Of a stretch of DNA of 64,000 nucleotides, positions 58,867 to 64,000 are shown piece after piece. A program made the position numbers and the translations under genes. A model generated the notes under the pieces. That model did no database searches. It saw only the letters and a list, made by a program, of their open reading frames with translations, and was not told the DNA's origin. The number at the start of each line of letters is the position of its first letter. Position 1 is the first letter of the stretch. The DNA is from a virus (Duplodnaviria; Caudoviricetes): the IMG/VR virus record IMGVR_UViG_3300045257_000193, positions 357-64,356 of that record. One strand, 5' to 3'.

Positions 58867-59027
58867 ACGTTTATAGCTTTTGAAACTTTTCTAATCTGTG
58901 ATAGCACGGATACATGGGCGCAAACTAAATTTGCTGCGGTTGTAGTGTTTAAAACTGGCGGTTTTGCCCATTCTAAATTCTCAATTTTATTATCTCCTTT
59001 GGGGGGTTATAAATCGTTCCCATAATT

Positions 59028-59216
59028 TTAAAATATGTTTTGGTTAGTCGGCGCGTTTGCCCATCTTAAAATTTCTTTCATTGGTGTATTAAGGGGGAAA
59101 TTTGTTCCCTTTAATGGCATTTTATCATCACCTTTGTATACATGTGCGAACTTTTCACCTTCTTTAGTTTTTACAACTAGTTTGATATTTTCCTGAATGT
59201 ATGTATTTGTTTTCAT
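59028..59216 (-). CDS. Hypothetical protein
   Basis: 62 aa ORF. Confidence 0.55.
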   Translation of the reverse strand: MKTNTYIQENIKLVVKTKEGEKFAHVYKGDDKMPLKGTNFPLNTPMKEILRWANAPTNQNIF

Positions 59217-59330
59217 GGCTTCAAGGATTTGCTAACGTGTTTAATTTGGCTAGTAATTGATATAATTAAAGCCTGTACACACAGGTTTAATTTTGTTTTA
59301 CTTATTTCTAATTCTTGGCTATTCATAATC

Positions 59331-59567
59331 TCAAAGGGTTGAAATGAATGTTTCTAACTGTTCAATACATTGTTTATCGCTTGCCGTATCGCTATCCTGC
59401 AATACAATATCAAGCACTTGTTTTTGCAATTCTATATCCTGAATTTTGTTTATGGCATAAATAGCAAAACATAAAGTTTGAGTATAGTTTTCATGCTCTT
59501 TTGTTTGCTCGATTTCTTCGGCAATATCGAAAAGGGTGCTTTTGTCAATAGGGGTGAGGTTTGCCAT
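59331..59567 (-). CDS. Small acidic hypothetical protein
   Basis: 78 aa ORF. Confidence 0.55.
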   Translation of the reverse strand: MANLTPIDKSTLFDIAEEIEQTKEHENYTQTLCFAIYAINKIQDIELQKQVLDIVLQDSDTASDKQCIEQLETFISTL

Positions 59568-59579
59568 AGTTAAAAGGGT

Positions 59580-59923
59580 TTATTCGTTATAAAGTTTTTC
59601 ATATGCACTTTCAAGGCTATGACCTGTATTAAGAAGCGGATTAACTCTTTTAAAGAAGTCTATTGCTCTTTGCATTCTATTGTTATTTGCGTACAAAGAC
59701 TTGTATTCTGTATCTTCATCTCTATTACGGGCTGAAATCTTTCGCTCTACTGGCATAAGGTTAATTACTCCACGCACTTCAAAGCGATATTGAATATCGT
59801 ACACTTTGTAGTACATTTCATTAATTGCAATAACATCATTAATATTAATCTCTTGCTTCAATGACATAGGACAATCAAATACTTTCGTGTCATTGCCATT
59901 GTATAAATATAGCGTATGAAACA
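59580..59923 (-). CDS. Hypothetical protein
   Basis: Likely start MFHTLYL near 59923; start approximate. Confidence 0.5.
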
Positions 59924-60256
59924 TAGAATTATGAGTTGATTTTGTCAATAATCTCCTTTACTGTGTTTATATTATCGGCACTCGCTTTAATATTCAAGCT
60001 AATACCATTTGTTAAATTAGTAGGGTATATATTCCCTTCTTTATCTTTCTTAAAAAGGAATCCGCCGTACATTAACGGGATAGTGTTTGTTTGTGTCTTC
60101 ATGATTACAAAGTGTTATGTTTTACTTCTTTTATTTCATCTGCATTAAATGGCACTTCCCGCCCTCCCACGGTTAGCCAAAAGAACCCGTACTGTAAGTA
60201 TGCCACGGGGTAAGACGTGCGCCCGTGGTGGGGCGTGTGTAGTATGGCGGTCATAA

Positions 60257-60637
60257 TTAGTTGTTATCTAATTCAAATGCTAATTGCTCCACACATAACC
60301 ACGCTAATACATTAGTAATTGCGCCCTGTTCGGTTTTCTTATTCCCGCCTAAAAAGTTGTATAGGTCTTGTTTATCCTTCTTTGAAATTGTATCACGTCG
60401 GAAAATACCGAAGCCTCCAACCATAGTTGCAACGTCTTCGCCTAAATTGTCTGCCATTTCATTTAATAGCTCAACTATTAAAGACTGATTTTTCATTGCA
60501 AAGGCATGTGTTTCATTGTGGTAGATAAATCCAGAAATTCCTGCGGATGCATCTCTATAATCTGAAATGTTAGCTTTGAATTCTTTTAAAGATACGTCTA
60601 ATTGTTTTAAAACGGATTTTTGTAGTTTCTTATTCAT
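60257..60637 (-). CDS. Conserved early phage protein
   Basis: SAGISGFIYHNETHAF..NVLAWLCVE motif; conserved ACTACT-ATG leader. Confidence 0.6.
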   Translation of the reverse strand: MNKKLQKSVLKQLDVSLKEFKANISDYRDASAGISGFIYHNETHAFAMKNQSLIVELLNEMADNLGEDVATMVGGFGIFRRDTISKKDKQDLYNFLGGNKKTEQGAITNVLAWLCVEQLAFELDNN

Positions 60638-60684
60638 AGTAGTAGTAATTAAATAGGTTTAAATGATAGGTTTAAATGATAGGT

Positions 60685-60756
60685 TTAGATAGATGTAACA
60701 ATAGTAATAAGTGCAATGAATGCGGTAATAAGCGGAAGTAGTAAAAAGATTTTCAT
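60685..60756 (-). CDS. 23-aa hydrophobic peptide
   Basis: MKIFLLLPLITAFIALITIVTSI; conserved leader and promoter-like box directly upstream. Confidence 0.5.
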   Translation of the reverse strand: MKIFLLLPLITAFIALITIVTSI

Positions 60757-60875
60757 AAGTAGTAGTAGTATTTTAGGTTTCTTTAATTATTATACTGTAA
60801 AGATAAGGTAAAGGTTTCGTTTATGCAACAATTATTTAATTTATTTTTACTATTTATTTGTAATTTATAACTAAT

Positions 60876-61082
60876 CTAAATAGTATTTGTATTGATTGTG
60901 ATTTTGTGGCCAAGTGCGCCCGCTATGGCTGTAATTTGTCCGATTGTGGCATCGGTTATCCCGCTTTTAATTCTCCAAAGGGTGGTACGATGTATTTTAA
61001 CTTTCTTAAGAAGTTCTACGTCCGTGATGCCTTGGCGGGCTTGTTCGGTGCCTAGGAAGTGTATAATTTCGGTGGGTGTCAT
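60876..61082 (-). CDS. XRE/Cro-like HTH regulator
   Basis: RQGITDVELLKKVKIHRTTLWRIKSG..TIGQITAIAGALG. Confidence 0.85.
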   Translation of the reverse strand: MTPTEIIHFLGTEQARQGITDVELLKKVKIHRTTLWRIKSGITDATIGQITAIAGALGHKITINTNTI

Positions 61083-61084
61083 AA

Positions 61085-61357
61085 TTATAATTCTTGAGAA
61101 TGTGTTGCTAATGCGTAATAGTAGTAATCGGTGCTGCCAGAATCTTCATAAGTTTCATAAATATCATATGCATCTATGTATCCTTCTTGCGAATATTTAG
61201 CCGACTTGATTGAGCCTATTTTGCGAATAGTTACATCACCATCAAATGCGCTTTCGGCTTCGTGAACTAAATCGGTGTAATCATTTGAGGCGATAATGTC
61301 CGCTGATCCTTGGTGTAGTTCTGTTTGTCCTTGAATTCTGAAATTTAGATTGTTCAT
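61085..61357 (-). CDS. Small acidic early protein
   Basis: ATG 61357 with AAACCTAAA..ACTACT leader; D/E/Y-rich. Confidence 0.6.
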   Translation of the reverse strand: MNNLNFRIQGQTELHQGSADIIASNDYTDLVHEAESAFDGDVTIRKIGSIKSAKYSQEGYIDAYDIYETYEDSGSTDYYYYALATHSQEL

Positions 61358-61382
61358 AGTAGTAAGTATAAATAGTTTAGGT

Positions 61383-61817
61383 TTATTTAATAAGTGAGTT
61401 GTATTTTTGCTCCATAAATGTGTCAATTTCTTCGTATAATTCTCCATCCCAAAAACGACCGGAATTTTTCGATTCAAATTCAACAGCCCACTTCATTAAC
61501 AAATTGATTGCGCCTATTTGCCCGATTTCTTGCTTTGAAGCTATTTTAGTTACATAATTACCAGACGCACACATAATGCCGAATGTTTCAGCAAATGAAA
61601 TAAATATAGGGTGCTGTGCCATGTATACAATATCAGACATATCCATTAATTCCCATAATCCTATAACATCATCTGAACTATTAAATATATCTCCGCATTG
61701 GTCATTTTGTTGAATAGCATATATAATACTTTCCTCTTGATCTTCATCAATTAAAATATTGTCCGCTGATTCTATTTTAATTTGATTTGTTCCTATTGCA
61801 ATAATTTCAGTTTTCAT
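61383..61817 (-). CDS. Acidic early protein
   Basis: ATG 61817, first gene after the promoter at 61851. Confidence 0.6.
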   Translation of the reverse strand: MKTEIIAIGTNQIKIESADNILIDEDQEESIIYAIQQNDQCGDIFNSSDDVIGLWELMDMSDIVYMAQHPIFISFAETFGIMCASGNYVTKIASKQEIGQIGAINLLMKWAVEFESKNSGRFWDGELYEEIDTFMEQKYNSLIK

Positions 61818-61850
61818 ACGTGTAGTAGTTTTGTTTAATAATCTATACGA

Positions 61851-61881
61851 CAAATATAATAGATTGGTTTCTATTGTGCAA
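61851..61881 (-). promoter_or_regulatory. Strong early promoter with palindromic operator
   Basis: TTG-N20-TATATTTG; inverted repeat AATAGA-N6-TCTATT (61858-61875) in the spacer. Confidence 0.7.
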
Positions 61882-62035
61882 CTATGTTATATATTATTTT
61901 TATATATTATTATAATTTGTAATCATTCTAAACAAAATGATCTATTTAACATAACGTAACGCCTTAGAATCGCCTGTATAAAAATAATGTGTACATATAT
62001 ACGGTGTATACGCCTGTATAGCGTTGTTCACGGAG

Positions 62036-62119
62036 TGCGTTAAGGATAGTAGCGGAACTCCTTTTTGCCTTCGAACAAAAAGAGTGGGAGCGGATAGCCT
62101 GACCTGCAAGGGAACGCCC
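62036..62119 (+). ncRNA. Flavo-1-like structured Bacteroidota repeat/RNA element
   Basis: GCGTTAAGGATAGTAGCGGAACTCCTTTTTG..CAAAAAGAGTGGGAGCGGATAGCCTGACC..GGAACGCCC matches the motif as I remember it; not verified by search. Confidence 0.55.
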
Positions 62120-62316
62120 TAAACCAAGTTAAAGTCAAGGGAAAGTACATAATCATATAAGGCGTTATACACTCCGTTACTTCCTTCATAGTCTTGCGAT
62201 AGTTCAAATCCCTGCATTACTCCTATACAATCATCGATGTTCATTCGTCCTGTGAATAGATAATCAATGAATAGGGTGTATATACGTTCACTCCTGCTAC
62301 TTGTCATTAGAATCAA
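62119..62316 (-). CDS. Hypothetical protein
   Basis: 65 aa, overlaps the upstream wHTH gene. Confidence 0.45.
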   Translation of the reverse strand: MILMTSSRSERIYTLFIDYLFTGRMNIDDCIGVMQGFELSQDYEGSNGVYNALYDYVLSLDFNLV

Positions 62317-62815
62317 TACCTTTTAATTTATTATCCTCTATAACCTGTAGGGCTGCTTTTATCATATGGGGATTATTAGCGAGTTTATTAATGGCTTTCT
62401 GCTTGCGCTCTCTTATGCGGTCAAAATAGCTCCCCTCTAACTCAACAGCGTGTATTGTCTCCCCTTTATAACTATTAAGACGATTAGTAATACGGTCAAT
62501 AGCGGACAGTCCCGCAACAGTTAACGAGTATCTGCGCTTATCGACTGTCACATAACCCATTTCGACCAAGTTCTTAAGGTTATTCAATATCATAGGCGCG
62601 CTCATAGGATTGTGTAAGCCAACCATACGGGCGAATATTCCCGCATTATGCGTATCAATGTTGTAGATAGTGAGTAAAACACTAGCCTGATACGTATTTA
62701 TATTCGCCTCGCTCCTAAATATCTTATAATATGCTGGCATGAGCTGCACAAGTCTGTGTATCTGTAGCGGTGGGATGGTATAAATAGGCCTTTCTGTGTT
62801 CTCTTCTTTCTTCAT
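62297..62815 (-). CDS. MarR-like winged-helix protein
   Basis: INTYQASVLLTIY..LKNLVEMGYV..RRYSLTVAG. Confidence 0.7.
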   Translation of the reverse strand: MKKEENTERPIYTIPPLQIHRLVQLMPAYYKIFRSEANINTYQASVLLTIYNIDTHNAGIFARMVGLHNPMSAPMILNNLKNLVEMGYVTVDKRRYSLTVAGLSAIDRITNRLNSYKGETIHAVELEGSYFDRIRERKQKAINKLANNPHMIKAALQVIEDNKLKGIDSNDK

Positions 62816-63003
62816 AGTCGTATATGTTTGTCCAAATCGCCCCGTGAATGGTTATATAATGATATATGGTGTCATAAATATACCAAAACGTAGGGATTTC
62901 GCAAAGCGGGTGGGGGGTTACTTCACGTATGGAGTACGTAACCATTAAAAATACCTAAACAAATTGTGTATAGTCTCGATTTTTACGGGGGTTTGACCTA
63001 GTT

Positions 63004-63591
63004 TTAGTCCAAAAGTTTATTTTTCAGTGGCTTTATACCATCATAAATACCTATGCCTGCATATTCCCACCTGTAGCCACCTGCTGTTTTATATCTTCCT
63101 GACAATGCACCACTAATTGATATGTTGGTTAATTTATATACGCTTTTAACGGAGGGATATATACATTCCATCCCGTTCGGGTGTATCTGCCTTACAAATT
63201 TAGGGTGCTGTTTGCCTCCGTACTTGTGGCCGTATGCCCTTTCTTTATCTTCATCCTGCTTTACATTGCGCCTAAAGTGCAGCATATTCTCGCTGTTCGT
63301 GCACCATTCCAAGTTTGTGTAGTGATTGTTGTTTTTATTGCTGTCTTTATGATTGACAAATTGCTTATTTTCTGGATTTGGAATGAATGCTTGGGCAACG
63401 AGTTTATGTACGTATATATCCTTATTGTTTATAGACGCCCTATAATATCCGCTTTCTGTCTTCTCTTTTTTGTGTTGCCTGAACGCCCTGTATTTGTAAT
63501 GCCTACTAAATACGTTACCCATGTGATCTACGAAATACTCATACATCTTTGTTTCTATTGGCAATCTTCTTAACGCTTCTTTATATTCCAT
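63004..63591 (-). CDS. HNH homing endonuclease (NUMOD4/NUMOD1-type)
   Basis: YFVDHMGNV; YVHKLVAQAFIPNP; VNHKDSNKNNNHYTNLEWCT; TAGGYRWEY. Confidence 0.9.
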   Translation of the reverse strand: MEYKEALRRLPIETKMYEYFVDHMGNVFSRHYKYRAFRQHKKEKTESGYYRASINNKDIYVHKLVAQAFIPNPENKQFVNHKDSNKNNNHYTNLEWCTNSENMLHFRRNVKQDEDKERAYGHKYGGKQHPKFVRQIHPNGMECIYPSVKSVYKLTNISISGALSGRYKTAGGYRWEYAGIGIYDGIKPLKNKLLD

Positions 63592-64000
63592 GCACAAATA
63601 TAAGCAATGCGGAACTAATAAGGAATAGGCTTTGTTATATTATTTACATAGCTTATTTCGTTATATAATTTTTATTATGTTAAGTAGTAAGTTTCATACC
63701 TTTTCGTTACCACCTCCCCTATCGAGAGGGGCTGAGGTCTATATTTAAAAACTTTAAATAATTCTCCTGTGTTATTTCAATTTATACGCCTTCCTGCCCC
63801 TAATCCCTTGCCCTTATTCGGCTATTCGGCTTGACGTGCTGTGCTCTATTCGGCTCACGGAGGCTTATCTTTTTTCAGGAAAGCTATATATCGTACCCAA
63901 TGGGTCTGTGCAGAACACTTTGAAAAACGCGAGGGTGGCGGGTGCAGAATACATGTAAGTTCAGGGAGACACTACACGCAAATTTTATTTTTTATCCTGC

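Noticed and set aside
1-64000. Stop-codon reassignment as in some crAss-like phages
   Set aside because: Long genes are intact in code 11, TAG and TGA end normal genes, and no suppressor tRNA was seen
1-64000. tRNA, rRNA and integrase/att features
   Set aside because: No cloverleaf with T-loop consensus in intergenic DNA and no tyrosine or serine recombinase motifs found by eye

Overview
The window is a large part (possibly most) of an AT-rich tailed-phage genome with a Bacteroidota host. The host assignment rests on TTTG-N19-20-TAnnTTTG promoters, A-rich leaders with no Shine-Dalgarno sequence, Gln-starting signal peptides and a Flavo-1-like element. The virion module looks crAss-like or Pachyviridae-like (podovirus): TerL, portal, scaffold, major capsid, three ring proteins, a muzzle/stabilisation protein on the opposite strand, three ejected cargo proteins and two fibres. 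No virion RNA polymerase, DNA polymerase, integrase, tRNA or CRISPR array is visible. Replication appears lambdoid, with an initiator carrying internal iterons followed by a Prim-Pol/SF4 helicase fusion. Also present are a lysis cassette, two GroES-like genes, four NUMOD4/HNH homing endonucleases, an MT-A70 methyltransferase, a Cas4-like nuclease and a long minus-strand array of small early genes. The most striking unexplained structure is non-coding. (i) Three promoter-proximal two-hairpin leaders have loops that are perfectly complementary within each leader but differ between leaders. (ii) A ~70-nt promoter-to-terminator small RNA is antisense to the conserved leaders of the early genes. 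(iii) A ~240-nt multi-stem RNA lies upstream of a small HNH gene. All product calls come from motif recognition by eye; no database searches or folding programs were run.
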